DNA of 64,000 nucleotides from Alphaproteobacteria bacterium (GCA_965229645.1 OZ245893.1:770529-834528); one strand, 5' to 3'; positions 9,162-20,405 are shown, numbered from the stretch's first letter. Program-made: numbers and translations. The notes: generated by a model not told the origin, from the letters alone.

Positions 9162-10235
9162 TTAGTTACCAGCGACAAACTCCGCCCAAATGGCGTCGAC
9201 AAACTCTTGCGTTTCGAAACTGTAAGGGGTGGTTGTGTAGAGTTTTGCTAAGGTTGCCTCGTCGGGGTAAATGGCGGGATCGCTCGTTACCTCTTCGTCG
9301 ATTAAACCGCTGTCGAACGCCGCCTGGTTGGCGTTGGCGTAGAACACATAGTTGGTGGCGGCGGCGATCACCTCTGGACGCAAAATGTAGTTGAGGAACG
9401 TATAGGCCTCGTCAACATTGGTCGCGTCGGCTGGAATCGCCATGAGGTCAAACCACATGAGTGCGCCCTCCTCTGGCACCACGTACTCAACTGTCACCTC
9501 CTCAGCGGCGTCACGCGCAATGAATATATCGCCCGACCAGCCGACGGCAACGCATATCTCACCCGCCGCCAAGGCATCGATATACTCGGAGCTATCGAAC
9601 TTGGTGATATAGGGGCGAATCGGGGTCAGAACCTCCAAGGCCCGCACCAAGTCAGCAGGATCGTTGCTGTCGGGATCGAGCCCCAAGTAATTCAATGCGG
9701 CGGGAATGACTTCGTCGGAGGCGTCGAGCATGTAAAAACCACACTCGGCCATCTTGGCGGCGTTCTCGGGGTCAAAGACCAGGTCCCAACTGTTGAGCGG
9801 CGCGTCGGTTCCCAAAGCGGCTTCCACGTTTTCGGCCACGTAACCAATGCCCGTTGTGCCCCACATGTAAGGAATTGAGTAAGTTTGGCCTGGGTCGAAG
9901 GTCTCCACTTTGTCCAAGACAAAGGCGCTCAAATTATCAAGACCAGTCAAGCGTGCCTTGTCGAGCGCCTGAAAAACGCCCAGTTCCGACTGGCGCTTCA
10001 AGAACGTCCCCGACGGTACGACGAGGTCGTAACCAGAGTTTCCCGCCAGCAGGAGTGCCTCAAGCGTCTCGTTTGAATCAAACGTATCATAGGTCGTATC
10101 GATGCCCGATTCTTCTATGAACTCTGGGATCGACTCCTCGTTGATGTAGTCCGACCAATTGAAGATATTGAGTTGCTGGGCCGAGGCTTGGGTCGCGGCG
10201 GTCAGCGCCAGGGCAGAAACCAAAAAAACGCGCAT
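9162..10235 (-). CDS. Polyamine (spermidine/putrescine) ABC transporter periplasmic substrate-binding protein, PotD/PotF family
   Basis: Start chosen at MRVFLVSALALTAATQASA (signal peptide); the ORF-track N-extension is rejected. Full-length PotD-like fold by composition and motif pattern. Confidence 0.7.
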   Translation of the reverse strand: MRVFLVSALALTAATQASAQQLNIFNWSDYINEESIPEFIEESGIDTTYDTFDSNETLEALLLAGNSGYDLVVPSGTFLKRQSELGVFQALDKARLTGLDNLSAFVLDKVETFDPGQTYSIPYMWGTTGIGYVAENVEAALGTDAPLNSWDLVFDPENAAKMAECGFYMLDASDEVIPAALNYLGLDPDSNDPADLVRALEVLTPIRPYITKFDSSEYIDALAAGEICVAVGWSGDIFIARDAAEEVTVEYVVPEEGALMWFDLMAIPADATNVDEAYTFLNYILRPEVIAAATNYVFYANANQAAFDSGLIDEEVTSDPAIYPDEATLAKLYTTTPYSFETQEFVDAIWAEFVAGN

Positions 10236-10315
10236 GGGGGCTCCTAAATCGATGAGTTGATGAAGGCACCTCAATCGCCGTCGAGGTGACAGCGCCATAA
10301 AGGCATTTGGTGCGT

Positions 10316-10942
10316 TCAAGTCAAGGTCTTGATGAGGGATTCCACGTGCTGGCGGAGCCCGTCCCAGTCTTTGGTCTGCACCAAGCCTGCGGGCGTCGCC
10401 AAGGACCCTCCTACACAAGCGACATTCTTGTTCGCCAAATAGGCACGTGCGTTGGCCACGGAAATACCCCCCGTGGGGCAAAACCGCGTGGTCGGGAACA
10501 CCGAAGCAAAGTCGCCCAACGCCTTGGCGCCGCCCGCCCGCTCGGCGGGAAAGAACTTGAGGTTCGCGTAGCCCAAGGCCTGCGCGCTCATGACCTCCGA
10601 CGCGGTGGCGCACCCAGGCAACAAAGGTATGCTTAGGTCCACCGCCGCCCTATGCAAGTCAGGGGTTAGACCTGGGGAAACGCAAAACTCGGCGCCTGCG
10701 TCCTGCGCGGCGGCCATTTGCGCGCGCGTCAGAACCGTTCCTGCCCCTAAGTGGGCGACGCGTCCCTTAAGACGCGCAATGACCTGCAGCGCGCTGGGCG
10801 TGCGCAAGACAACTTCAAACACCTGGATCCCGCCCGCGACCAGGGCCTCCGCCAAGGGTTCTAAGTCTGGATCGTCGTGCAAGGCCAAGACAGGAATGAC
10901 GGGACCTGCGGCCAGGATCGGGTCCGTCGCGGCAAACCTCAT
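10316..10942 (-). CDS. eda: 2-dehydro-3-deoxyphosphogluconate (KDPG) aldolase
   Basis: 208 aa KHG/KDPG aldolase. Lies directly downstream of edd, with overlap at 10939-10942. Confidence 0.85.
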   Translation of the reverse strand: MRFAATDPILAAGPVIPVLALHDDPDLEPLAEALVAGGIQVFEVVLRTPSALQVIARLKGRVAHLGAGTVLTRAQMAAAQDAGAEFCVSPGLTPDLHRAAVDLSIPLLPGCATASEVMSAQALGYANLKFFPAERAGGAKALGDFASVFPTTRFCPTGGISVANARAYLANKNVACVGGSLATPAGLVQTKDWDGLRQHVESLIKTLT

Positions 10943-12765
10943 GCGACAAAACTCCCGCCTTTGGCCGCCGCGCCCATGAGGCTGCGGACCCCCGCGAACA
11001 ACTCCCGTCCCATGCGCGACTCATCGCTGCGATCGGTCTTTTGAGCGGGGGGTCGGGCGCGCATATCGGCCTCGACATTCAAGGTTCCTGCGTCGGCGTC
11101 AAGATCAATCAGGTCCCCCTCCCGCAGTTGGGCGAGCGGTCCCCCCGTAGCGGCCTCGGGGCTCAAATGAATTGCGGCGGGCACTTTGCCGCTGGCCCCG
11201 GACATGCGCCCGTCCGTGACCAGGGCAACGGCGTACCCCAAACCTTGGAGAACCCCCAAGGCTGGCGTGAGCTTATGCAGTTCGGGCATCCCATTGGACT
11301 GCGGCCCCTGAAACCGCAAAATCGCTATATGGTCGCAGTGCAGGTCCCCCGCTTCAAAGGCCATCAAAAAAGCCGCCTGGCTTTCAAATATTTTGGCAGG
11401 CGCGCGAACGCGGCGGTGCTTGGGATCGACGGCGGAGACCTTGATCACCCCTTGCCCGAGGTTGCCAGACAAGACGTGAATGCCCCCCGTTGGGGCGAAC
11501 GGGTTGGTCGCGGGGCGCAAAATCTGATCGTCGCGCGGCAACTCGGGCGCCCTGGTCGTTTTGAGACCGTCGGCGCGCGTGCCTTGGGTTTTCTCTTGGT
11601 CGTCAAATACGGACTCAAAACCATAGGCGTCCAAACCCTCCCCCATCAAAGTCTTGATCTGCTCGCACAAATACCCTTCGCGCTTCAGCGTATTGATGAG
11701 GAACGGGAGGCCGCCCGCGGCGTCCATATGGTTCACGTCGGCGGGCCCGTTGGGATAGACTCGCGCCAGCAAGGGCACCGCCGCCGATATGTCGGCCATA
11801 TCGTCCAGCGTTAGCAAAATTCCCGCCGCCGCGGCCATGGGCATGAAGTGCAAAATCAAATTGGTTGAGCCGCCGGTGGCCATAAGGCCGACCAGCGCGT
11901 TCAGCACCGAGGCCTCGCTTACCACATCGCACAAGGGCGCGTAGTTTGCCCCCAAATCCGTGCAGCGTAGCACCTGGCGCGTGGTTTCCGCGACCACGGC
12001 GGCGCGATGGTCCGTATAGGGCGGGACGAAGGTTGTGCCTGGCAGCTGCAAGCCCATGAACTCGAGGATCATTTGATTGGTATTGGCCGTTCCGTAGAAC
12101 GTACAGGTGCCAGGAGCGTGGTAGGACTCGGCCTCCGCCTGCATCAGCGCCGCTTGGCCGACCTTACCCGCGGCATAGTCCTGGCGCACCTTGGCCTTGT
12201 CAGGATTGGGCAAGCCCGAGGGCATGGGCCCTGCCGGGAGAAAGGCCATGGGCAAGTGCCCGAAGGACAAGGCGCCGATAAAGAGGCCAGGAACAATTTT
12301 GTCGCAAGTCCCGAGCAGCAAGGCACCATCGAACATGTTGTGCGACAGGGCAATGGCGGTCGATAGGGCGATGACATCGCGACTGGCAAGCGACAAGTCC
12401 ATGCCTGGTTGCCCTTGGGTGACGCCGTCGCACATGGCGGGCACCGCCCCAGCCACTTGCGCGGTGCCGCCCGCCGCGCGGGCTGCTGCCTTGATAAGGT
12501 CAGGAAAGTGCTGCAGCGGTTCGTGCGCCGACAACATGTCGTTGTAGGCGGTAACGATCGCGAGGTTTGGCGTTTCTTGGCCCATGAGCGCGGCCTTGTC
12601 AGCGGCCCCGCAGGCGGCAAAGCCGTGCGCCAAATTCCCGCACGACAAAGCCCCCCGATTCGGTCCCTGGCGACGTTGCGCGGCCATACGGTCCAAATAG
12701 GCCGCGCGCGCCTCGGCGCTGCGATGGCAGATGCGATCAAGGATCCGTTGCAGGTCAGGGCGCAT
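10939..12765 (-). CDS. edd: Phosphogluconate dehydratase (ILVD/EDD family)
   Basis: Start at [19 protein letters not shown] motif typical of Edd. Roughly 608 aa. Confidence 0.85.
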   Translation of the reverse strand: MRPDLQRILDRICHRSAEARAAYLDRMAAQRRQGPNRGALSCGNLAHGFAACGAADKAALMGQETPNLAIVTAYNDMLSAHEPLQHFPDLIKAAARAAGGTAQVAGAVPAMCDGVTQGQPGMDLSLASRDVIALSTAIALSHNMFDGALLLGTCDKIVPGLFIGALSFGHLPMAFLPAGPMPSGLPNPDKAKVRQDYAAGKVGQAALMQAEAESYHAPGTCTFYGTANTNQMILEFMGLQLPGTTFVPPYTDHRAAVVAETTRQVLRCTDLGANYAPLCDVVSEASVLNALVGLMATGGSTNLILHFMPMAAAAGILLTLDDMADISAAVPLLARVYPNGPADVNHMDAAGGLPFLINTLKREGYLCEQIKTLMGEGLDAYGFESVFDDQEKTQGTRADGLKTTRAPELPRDDQILRPATNPFAPTGGIHVLSGNLGQGVIKVSAVDPKHRRVRAPAKIFESQAAFLMAFEAGDLHCDHIAILRFQGPQSNGMPELHKLTPALGVLQGLGYAVALVTDGRMSGASGKVPAAIHLSPEAATGGPLAQLREGDLIDLDADAGTLNVEADMRARPPAQKTDRSDESRMGRELFAGVRSLMGAAAKGGSFVA

Positions 12766-13417
12766 AGTAAATATCCACGGGCGTGCTGGCATGACGCAAG
12801 AAGTGGGCGATGGGATGGACCTCTGGTTCGCCGGCCTGCGCCTCGACGAACAGGGTCCACTTGTCCTCGCCATGAAAATGCAGAACGAGCCTATCCGAGG
12901 CCAAGATCGGGGCGGCGGTCAGGGTTAGACGCGGCACCAGCGGCGCCATGGTCGGCGTCGAAACGATAAAGTCAGGCGCCTCAGGGTCCAAACCCCTGGC
13001 AAGGTCAGCACTGCCAGGAAACAGCGAAGCCGTATGTCCGTCTGGACCCAAGCCCAAGACGGTAAAGCGACTTAGTGCCAGCGCCCCTGCCCCAGCGTTG
13101 AGCGCCGCGGCGGAACCCTCTGGGCCAAGGTCCGCGTCGTACAGGGGCCGCAAACCCCGACTCCCCAGGGTTGCCCGAAACATACCGTAGTTGGACCTTG
13201 AATCGTCCACGGCGACGCACCGGTCGTCGACGGGCAGAATCTCCAAACCTGGCGGACGCGACGCTGCCGCCAAGGCGCCGAGCAATTCCCTGGGCGTTGA
13301 TCCCCCTGAGAGCAAGAGTTGGGCGGGAGCGGAGTCCTGTGCCCAACTCACTATGCTTTGACTAAGAACGCTGGCCAGTTCCAAGCGACTGTCGAAGCGG
13401 TGGATCTTCCCAATCAT
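12755..13417 (-). CDS. pgl: 6-phosphogluconolactonase
   Basis: 220 aa in the NagB/Pgl fold family. Sits between zwf and edd. Confidence 0.75.
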   Translation of the reverse strand: MIGKIHRFDSRLELASVLSQSIVSWAQDSAPAQLLLSGGSTPRELLGALAAASRPPGLEILPVDDRCVAVDDSRSNYGMFRATLGSRGLRPLYDADLGPEGSAAALNAGAGALALSRFTVLGLGPDGHTASLFPGSADLARGLDPEAPDFIVSTPTMAPLVPRLTLTAAPILASDRLVLHFHGEDKWTLFVEAQAGEPEVHPIAHFLRHASTPVDIYYAP

Positions 13418-14892
13418 GCGTCAGCGCCGTGCCAGCGATGGCCCTTGAGGCCGAGCAGCAAATCCGCTTGCGCAGGTCCCATGGTGCCCGCCGCGTAGGG
13501 ACTTGGTGGGGCCGCCAAGTCGTTCCAGGCCGCCAAGATCGGGTCGATCCAGGCCCAGGCCGCCTCGACTTCATCATCGCGCATAAACAAGGTGCGATTG
13601 CCGCGCACCACGTCCAAGAGCAGGCGTTCGTAGGCATCGGGAAAGCGACTTAAGTCAAATTGCTCGGCAAAGGACAGATCCAAACCCGCCTGGCGGAGGC
13701 GCATCCCCCCAGGGCCTGGGTCTTTGGTCATAAGGTTGAGCCGCACCCCCTCATCGGGTTGCAAGCGGATCACCAGGCGATTGCCGTAAAGACCCTGTCG
13801 ATTGTCGCCAAAAATGGAGTGCGGAACGCCCCGAAACTGGACCACAATTTCCGTATAGCGCGCACCCAACCGCTTGCCCGTGCGCAAGTAAAACGGCACG
13901 CCAGCCCAGCGCCAGTTGTCGATTTCGGCGCACAAGGCCACATACGTTTCGGTGGCGGAGTCGTTGCCCAGCTCGCTTGTGTAGGCGGGAACTACCTGCC
14001 CCGCCACTGCGCCGCCGCCGTATTGGCCGCGCACGGTCTTTTCCCCCGCGTTGGCCGCCGTGATAGGGCGCAGCGCCTTCAGGACTTTGCGTTTTTCATC
14101 GCGAATGGCGTCGGCCTCAAAGTCGTGCGGCGGCTCCATCGCGGTCAAACACATGAGCTGGAGCAAATGGTTCTGTACCATGTCGCGCAGCGCCCCAGCG
14201 GTATCGTAATAGGTTGCCCGACTGCCCAGGCCTACGGTTTCGGCGGCAGTGATCTGCACATGCTCAATGTTGGCGGCGTTCCAGATGCGTTCAAACAGAA
14301 CATTGCCAAACCGCAAGGCCAGCAGATTTTGCACCGATTCTTTGCCGAGGTAATGGTCGATACGATAAATCTGAGCTTCTTCAAAAAACGCGCCAACTTG
14401 GCGGTTGATGGCCTCGGAAGACCTTAGATCGTGCCCCAGAGGCTTTTCCAGCACCAGCCGCACCTGCGCTCGATTGAGCCCGACCGCCGCCAAATTGCGG
14501 GCCACATCGCCGTAAATCGCGGGCGGAAGCGCGAGATAGATCACTTGCGGGCGGGTCGGATCGTCGGTCGCCAGCGCCTTGACCAACCCCTTATAGTCGG
14601 CGGACTCGGTGACGTTGACACTGACATAGGACAGGCGCGCCAAAAACCGTTCGACAACGTCCTCCATCAAGTGTTCGCCCGCGACAAACTCCTTGAGCGC
14701 GCCATGGATGGCAAGGCGAAACGCCGCATCGTCCTGGGCCCGACGCCCGCACCCGATCAAGCGCGCGCCGTCGGGGAGCTGGCCGTCCAAATCGCGGTAG
14801 TAGAGGGCAGGAAACAGCTTGCGCTTAGCCAGGTCCCCCGAGGCACCAAAGACCACTTGGTCAAAGGGGTCAACAGGAATAATTTGCGCCAC
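13414..14892 (-). CDS. zwf: Glucose-6-phosphate 1-dehydrogenase
   Basis: N-terminal FGASGDLAKRK NADP-binding motif. Active-site RIDHYLGKE. Confidence 0.9.
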   Translation of the reverse strand: MAQIIPVDPFDQVVFGASGDLAKRKLFPALYYRDLDGQLPDGARLIGCGRRAQDDAAFRLAIHGALKEFVAGEHLMEDVVERFLARLSYVSVNVTESADYKGLVKALATDDPTRPQVIYLALPPAIYGDVARNLAAVGLNRAQVRLVLEKPLGHDLRSSEAINRQVGAFFEEAQIYRIDHYLGKESVQNLLALRFGNVLFERIWNAANIEHVQITAAETVGLGSRATYYDTAGALRDMVQNHLLQLMCLTAMEPPHDFEADAIRDEKRKVLKALRPITAANAGEKTVRGQYGGGAVAGQVVPAYTSELGNDSATETYVALCAEIDNWRWAGVPFYLRTGKRLGARYTEIVVQFRGVPHSIFGDNRQGLYGNRLVIRLQPDEGVRLNLMTKDPGPGGMRLRQAGLDLSFAEQFDLSRFPDAYERLLLDVVRGNRTLFMRDDEVEAAWAWIDPILAAWNDLAAPPSPYAAGTMGPAQADLLLGLKGHRWHGADA

Positions 14893-15002
14893 GGGAACTC
14901 CTCACGATATTGGTCGGGTTACAAGTTTTGTTCATATCTGAGCATAAAATTGTTCGCAAGTGAACAGGATCGCTTCGGCCCAAAAAAGTGCAGATTGCAG
15001 GG

Positions 15003-16394
15003 TCAGTGCGGGGAAGGATCAACGCCAGCCTCGCATAACAAATTGAAGAGGCGTTCCTGCAAACGCTCTCGATCCGCCGCGCTACGCGCTTCGACCCGAC
15101 CGACCAAGGCCGCTTCGGTGTTGGAGGGGCGGAGCAGCCACCAGCCTGCTTCGGTAACGCAGCGCACCCCATCCACGTCCACAAGCTGACCTGGATTCCC
15201 CTTGCCCAAGGCGGCCTTAACCGCCGCCATCGCTGGCCCCTTGTGATGGTCCGCGCACGCGAACCGCAATTCGGGCGTGTTGAATACCTGGGGCAAGGAC
15301 TTGCGAAAATCCGATAGCTTTAGGCCGCTGCGCGCGAGATACGACATGATCCGAACCGCCGTATAGAGCCCGTCGTCGTAGCCAAAATAGCGATCGGCAA
15401 AGAATACATGACCCGACATTTCGCCTGCGAGCGGGGCTTTGGTCTCCCGCATCTTCGCCTTGATCAGGGAATGACCCGTCTTCCACATGAGCGCCTCGCC
15501 GCCTGCGGCCCGTACACGATCAAATAGGACTTGGCTGGCCTTAACATCGGCAATGATCGTGGCCCTAGGGAAGCTGGCCAACACCTCTTCGGCCAAAAAA
15601 ATCAAGTACTGGTCGGCCCAAATCACCTCCCCCTCATCGTCGACCAAGCCGCAACGATCGCCATCGCCATCGAACGCGATTCCCATGTCGCAATTTTTGC
15701 GGCGAACGAGTTCTTGCAGTTGGACGAGGTTTTTGCGGACCGTTGGGTCGGGGTGATGGTTGGGAAAGGTGCCATCAACCTCCTCAAACAAGACATGATG
15801 CTGCCCTGGCAGGTGCGATATGACTTGGGCCAAGACCGCGCCTGCAGCGCCGTTGCCGCAGTCCCAGCCGACGCACAACGCTCGGCCCTCCTCGCCAGCA
15901 AACCCCTCCGCGACGCAGCGGGCGTACTCCGCTTGCACATCCAGCTGGTCGACCTCCGCCTGCCCGTCTTCGTAGTCCCCCTGGGCAGCAGTTTTTCCCA
16001 AAGCAATGATGTCGTCGCCGAAGAATGACTGGCCCCCAAGGACCAACTTAAAGCCATTGTAGGCGACGGGATTGTGCGACCCCGTAATCATGATCCCCCC
16101 TGCCAGTTCATGACTGTGGACCGCATAGTAGGTCATAGGCGTGGGGCCAAGGCCAAGATCGGCAACACGGCATCCCGTGGCCGCCAAGCCAGCGATCAGC
16201 GCCTTGCCCAAGTTAGGGCTGGTCAGGCGTCCATCGCGACCAACGGCTATGTGCGGCATGCCCCCCAGCCGCCGCCGCGCGATCGTGCCGAAGCTGCGCC
16301 CGACATGGTAAGCATCCTCGACGAACAGAGTCTGGTCGACCTGCCCGCGAATATCATAGGTCCGCAGAATGGAAGGGTGGAATGCATGGGTCAT
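15003..16394 (-). CDS. Phosphoglucomutase/phosphomannomutase (alpha-D-phosphohexomutase family)
   Basis: Start at MTHAFHPSIL. Phosphoserine loop TGSHNP. Confidence 0.8.
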   Translation of the reverse strand: MTHAFHPSILRTYDIRGQVDQTLFVEDAYHVGRSFGTIARRRLGGMPHIAVGRDGRLTSPNLGKALIAGLAATGCRVADLGLGPTPMTYYAVHSHELAGGIMITGSHNPVAYNGFKLVLGGQSFFGDDIIALGKTAAQGDYEDGQAEVDQLDVQAEYARCVAEGFAGEEGRALCVGWDCGNGAAGAVLAQVISHLPGQHHVLFEEVDGTFPNHHPDPTVRKNLVQLQELVRRKNCDMGIAFDGDGDRCGLVDDEGEVIWADQYLIFLAEEVLASFPRATIIADVKASQVLFDRVRAAGGEALMWKTGHSLIKAKMRETKAPLAGEMSGHVFFADRYFGYDDGLYTAVRIMSYLARSGLKLSDFRKSLPQVFNTPELRFACADHHKGPAMAAVKAALGKGNPGQLVDVDGVRCVTEAGWWLLRPSNTEAALVGRVEARSAADRERLQERLFNLLCEAGVDPSPH

Positions 16395-16556
16395 GGAACG
16401 CCTATAGGCCGCGAATTCAAGATTGGTAGCGGCGGATTTTTGGGGGAACGTCGGCCAAGGCCCGCAAGGGCTGACGAAAAATTTGAGCGGTAAAAAGCTA
16501 TAGAGACTGGACGTTTTCCTGTTTGCGGTGTTTTTTGCCCCCGCTACAGGACGGCG

Positions 16557-17594
16557 GTGACCTATTTTGTTCAGGCGCATCAGAAGCGCGATGGCCGCAC
16601 CCTTTGGCTCTTTAGTCGGGGGCCGCGCACCTACACCTTTACCAACGACCTGCCCCCAATCGATCAGGGGATGCCAACGCGCCGCTGGCATGATCTGCGC
16701 GGCGAATGGGTGTACTACAGCGCCGCCCGCAACACCCGCACCTTCGCGCCCCCTGCCGAGGTCAACCCCCTGGCCCCCGTCGCGCCCGACGGGTACCCTG
16801 GCGAGATCCCCGTCACGGATTTTGAGGTGGCGGTGTTCGACAACCGCTTTCCTGCCCTGCGCGCGCCCGACCCAAATGCCGATCTCAGTTCAGGTGTGCG
16901 CTTGCCCGCGGCGGGGCACTGCGAGGTTGTGGTCTATTCCACGGTCGATCACGGCAGCCTCGCGGATTTTAGCGACGCGCATGTCGCCCTGCTGCTCGAT
17001 GCTTGGGGGCATCGTGTCGATTACTTGCTTGCGCGACCCGAAACCGCTTACGTCATGCCGTTTGAAAATCGTGGGGCGGAAATCGGCGTCACCCTGCCCC
17101 ATCCCCACGGTCAAATCTACGCCTTCGACCAGGTGCCGCCGCAGATCGAACGCCAGGCCCGCAATCAGGCCCAAACCCAGTCGATCGAGCGGCAAAGCGA
17201 CCTACAAACCCATTGCATAGAGGACCATGGCCATGCGCGCGCGTTCGTGCCGACCTACGCTCGATATCCCTACGAGACCTGGATTGTGAGCGCGCACGCG
17301 GGCCCCTCCCCCTCGGCTTGGGGCGCCGCGCGGCTCGATATGGCCCGCGCGCTCAAGGCCGCATTAGCACGGCTCGATGCCTTGTTCGCTCAACCCATGC
17401 CGCTGGTCATGTGGGTTGCCACGGCGCCCAAGGGGTTCGAGCAAACGTGGCCCTGCCATATCCAAATCTACCCCCTGTTGCGCGGCTCGCAACGCCTGAA
17501 GTACTTGGCGGGCGTGGAACAGATCACGGGGCTCATGCTATCGGACGTGCCGCCAGAAACCGCTGCCGCGACCTTAAGAGACCTAAAACCATGA
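16557..17594 (+). CDS. galT: Galactose-1-phosphate uridylyltransferase
   Basis: HPHGQI active-site motif. Followed by galK with an ATGA overlap. Confidence 0.8.
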   Translation: MTYFVQAHQKRDGRTLWLFSRGPRTYTFTNDLPPIDQGMPTRRWHDLRGEWVYYSAARNTRTFAPPAEVNPLAPVAPDGYPGEIPVTDFEVAVFDNRFPALRAPDPNADLSSGVRLPAAGHCEVVVYSTVDHGSLADFSDAHVALLLDAWGHRVDYLLARPETAYVMPFENRGAEIGVTLPHPHGQIYAFDQVPPQIERQARNQAQTQSIERQSDLQTHCIEDHGHARAFVPTYARYPYETWIVSAHAGPSPSAWGAARLDMARALKAALARLDALFAQPMPLVMWVATAPKGFEQTWPCHIQIYPLLRGSQRLKYLAGVEQITGLMLSDVPPETAAATLRDLKP

Positions 17595-18679
17595 CCCCTC
17601 CGCCTCCCCCAACCCACCACGAGGCCCGTATCGCCTTCGACGCCTTGAATACGGGGCAACTTGCCCTTGAGGCGAGTGCCCCCGGGCGCGTCAATTTGAT
17701 CGGCGAACATACGGACACGAGCGGCGGGCTTGTCCTGCCTTTGACCCTGGCGCGGCGAACCTACGTTGCCCTCGCACTCAATGGCGGCCCCAAGGGACGC
17801 ATTCGGGCCAATTCCCGCGAGGAAGGACTGGCGGAGGCCGACCTGGACGCGCCAGCATCGGGCCAGTGGATCGACTATATTTGCGGTGCGGTGCGCCTTA
17901 TGCGGCAGGCGGGCGCTCAAATCGACTCGCTATGCGTCGGCCTCGCGTCCGACCTGCCTTTGGGCGCTGGTGTTTCGTCTTCGGCCGCCCTAGAAATCGC
18001 GCTCTTGCGCGCCCTGCGGCTGGCCACGGGCCTGACCCTGAGCGATTCAGATCTGGCCTACATGGCACAAAAAATCGAGAACAAGCATCTGGGCCTAAAA
18101 ACGGGCATCATGGACCAAATGGCGTCCAGTCTTGGCACCCCTGGCGCGCCCCTGCTGTTCGATACGCACACGGGCCATACCCGCGATCTACCCATGTTGT
18201 CCGACCATAGGTTTTTGACTTTCCATTCGGGAGTGTCGCGCCGCTTGGTCGATGGCGCCTACAATGACCGGCGCGCCGCCATCGACCTTGCCCTCAAAAC
18301 ACTTGGTCGAGTGCGGCTGATGGACGTTCCAGAGCGCGAGTTGGCGCAACTGCCCGCCGCCATCGTCCCGCGCGCGCGCCATGTCGTGAGCGAAAATGCC
18401 CGCGTCCAGGCGGCGGTGCAAGCCCTTATCGACCAAGACGCCGCCGCCCTCGGTCACCTGATGAACCAGGCCCATGCCTCCATGCGCGACGATTTTGCCG
18501 CCAGCCACGCGCGCGTCGACGCCCAGGTCGCCGCCGCAACAGCCGCTGGGGCCTTGGGCGCGCGCATCACGGGTGCTGGCTTTGGGGGATGCTTCGTGGC
18601 CTTGGTGCCCGAGGCGCGCGCCGCGCACATCTGCGCCGACCTGCTATCGCGGTTCCCCGAGGCCCAGCAAGTCGGCTAA
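17591..18679 (+). CDS. galK: Galactokinase (GHMP kinase)
   Basis: Signature GRVNLIGEHTD. GHMP ATP-binding loop PLGAGVSSSAA. Confidence 0.85.
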   Translation: MTPPPPPTHHEARIAFDALNTGQLALEASAPGRVNLIGEHTDTSGGLVLPLTLARRTYVALALNGGPKGRIRANSREEGLAEADLDAPASGQWIDYICGAVRLMRQAGAQIDSLCVGLASDLPLGAGVSSSAALEIALLRALRLATGLTLSDSDLAYMAQKIENKHLGLKTGIMDQMASSLGTPGAPLLFDTHTGHTRDLPMLSDHRFLTFHSGVSRRLVDGAYNDRRAAIDLALKTLGRVRLMDVPERELAQLPAAIVPRARHVVSENARVQAAVQALIDQDAAALGHLMNQAHASMRDDFAASHARVDAQVAAATAAGALGARITGAGFGGCFVALVPEARAAHICADLLSRFPEAQQVG

Positions 18680-18726
18680 GCGCGGTTGCACGGGGCTCAC
18701 CCCTGCTCTATAGCCCGCGCTTTGGC

Positions 18727-18811
18727 GCGGATGTGGTGGAATTGGTAGACACGCTAGATTTAGGTTCTAGTGCCGCAAGGCGTGGGGGTTCGAGTCCCTT
18801 CATCCGTACCA
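18727..18811 (+). tRNA. tRNA-Leu (anticodon UAG), class II, CCA encoded
   Basis: GCGGATGTGGTGGAATTGGTAGACACGCTAGATTTAGGTTCTAGTGCCGCAAGGCGTGGGGGTTCGAGTCCCTTCATCCGTACCA. Anticodon stem CTAGA/TCTAG, loop TTTAGGT. Confidence 0.8.
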
Positions 18812-18852
18812 AGCAAATATTAACCTTCCAGAGACGTGAGAGCCAAGCCCTT

Positions 18853-20175
18853 ATGGACGCCAAATTGATCGCCGAAGACGGCCTGAACCGGAAACTCGCC
18901 ATCCATGTCGCGGCCGCAGATGTGACGGAAAAAACCGATACAAAACTGAAGGATCTGGGCAAGAAGGTAAAAATTCAAGGCTTTAGACCTGGGAAAGTTC
19001 CCCTATCGATCTTGCGGCAACGCTACTTGGACAATGTGCTGACCGAAGTGCTGGCGGACACGATGCAAGCAAGCGTTGCCCAAGCGCTGGAACAGCACGA
19101 CTTGCAACCCGCCATGCAACCCAAGGTAACCAAAAACGACTTTGAAAAAGGCAAAGATCTAGATTTTGAGATCGAATTGGACGTCTTGCCGACGATTGAG
19201 TTGGCCGACTACACAGCATTCGAGATCGTCGCCTACGAGGTCGAGGTCACCGACAAGGAGATCGACGACACGCTGACCCGCCTTGCGGAACAACACAAAG
19301 GCTCAGAAAAAATCGCCGATGACCGCGCCGCTGCAAACGGTGACATCCTTATGATTGACTTCAAGGGCACCGTCGATGGCGAAGCCAAGCCAGGTATGGA
19401 CGCCGAAGACTTTAAGCTCGTCATCGGTTCGGGCCAGTTCATTCCTGGATTTGAGGAGCAGCTGATCGGCGTGAAAGCCAGCGAGCAAACGGCCGTTACC
19501 GTGACCTTCCCGCAAGACTATCAGGCGACCGACCTGGCGGGAAAAGAAGCCGTTTTTGACGTCGTGTTAAAGGAAATTCATCAAGAAAAAGCGGCTGAAA
19601 TCAACGAAGAGCTCGCCAAAAACCTGGGCAAAGATTCTTTAGACGCGCTCAAGGCCGACGTTGCCGCCGACCTCAAGCGGAATTTTCAGAGTTTGGCGCG
19701 CAACGTGACCAAGCGCAAACTGCTCGACCAACTGGACGCAGCGCATAAATTCGACTGCCCTGCCTCCATGATCGAGGCGGAATTTGAAACGGTCTGGCGG
19801 CAGGTCGAGCGCGACAAGGAGATGGACCGTCTGGACCAGGAGGATCGCGACAAGTCGGAGGAGGACCTAAGGGCCGAGTATCGCGCCATCTGCGAGCGCC
19901 GCGTACGCCTTGGCCTCGTGCTTGCGGAAATCGGTAAGGTGGCGAAAATTGAGATCACTGACGAAGAGATGCGCGAGGCCCTACGGCGCGAAGCGCAACG
20001 CTACCCGGGTCAACGCCAACAAGTCGTTGACTTCTATCGACAAAACCCCGCCGCCGTTCAAGCCCTGCGCGCGCCCTTGCTCGAGGAAAAGGCGGTCGAC
20101 GAAATCCTCGCCAAGGCGCAAACGACCCACGAGTCCGTCGATGTGGAGAGTTTACAAAAGCAGTTTGCGGCTTGA
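18853..20175 (+). CDS. tig: Trigger factor (ribosome-associated peptidyl-prolyl isomerase/chaperone)
   Basis: 440 aa. Start after tRNA-Leu at MDAKLIAEDGLNRKL. Central FKBP-like domain (FIPGFEEQLIG). Followed by clpP-clpX. Confidence 0.85.
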   Translation: MDAKLIAEDGLNRKLAIHVAAADVTEKTDTKLKDLGKKVKIQGFRPGKVPLSILRQRYLDNVLTEVLADTMQASVAQALEQHDLQPAMQPKVTKNDFEKGKDLDFEIELDVLPTIELADYTAFEIVAYEVEVTDKEIDDTLTRLAEQHKGSEKIADDRAAANGDILMIDFKGTVDGEAKPGMDAEDFKLVIGSGQFIPGFEEQLIGVKASEQTAVTVTFPQDYQATDLAGKEAVFDVVLKEIHQEKAAEINEELAKNLGKDSLDALKADVAADLKRNFQSLARNVTKRKLLDQLDAAHKFDCPASMIEAEFETVWRQVERDKEMDRLDQEDRDKSEEDLRAEYRAICERRVRLGLVLAEIGKVAKIEITDEEMREALRREAQRYPGQRQQVVDFYRQNPAAVQALRAPLLEEKAVDEILAKAQTTHESVDVESLQKQFAA

Positions 20176-20405
20176 GCGCTCCTTAGAGAGCCGCGTTGGT
20201 GGACGCTCAATCGAGCAAATTGGAGCTTTCACGGACGCGCGACCAGGGGGGAGCCTAGCCCATGTAGCGCTTGAACGCAGTTGAGGCGCTGGTGCAAACG
20301 ACCCCTGGTATTTGCCGTCTCGGCCCTTGTATTTGTCCGAGGGCCAACCCACTTCCCCTTCCAATTCCCTGGGACCCTCCCCCGCGTCCCCTATTTGGAG
20401 AACCT

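Noticed and set aside
9162-10613. N-terminal extensions of ORF-track entries (9162..10613, 10939..12873, 15003..16691, 18589..20175 running through tRNA-Leu, 31855..32910, 20271..21038, 36398..)
   Set aside because: Extensions are Arg/Pro-rich read-through of upstream intergenic DNA. Internal Met codons give canonical N-termini (signal peptides, conserved starts) and sensible gene spacing.
20176-20405. Rho-independent terminator after tig (GGCCCT...AGGGCC hairpin at ~20318-20342)
   Set aside because: The hairpin is not followed by a T-run and clpP is probably co-transcribed. Insufficient support.
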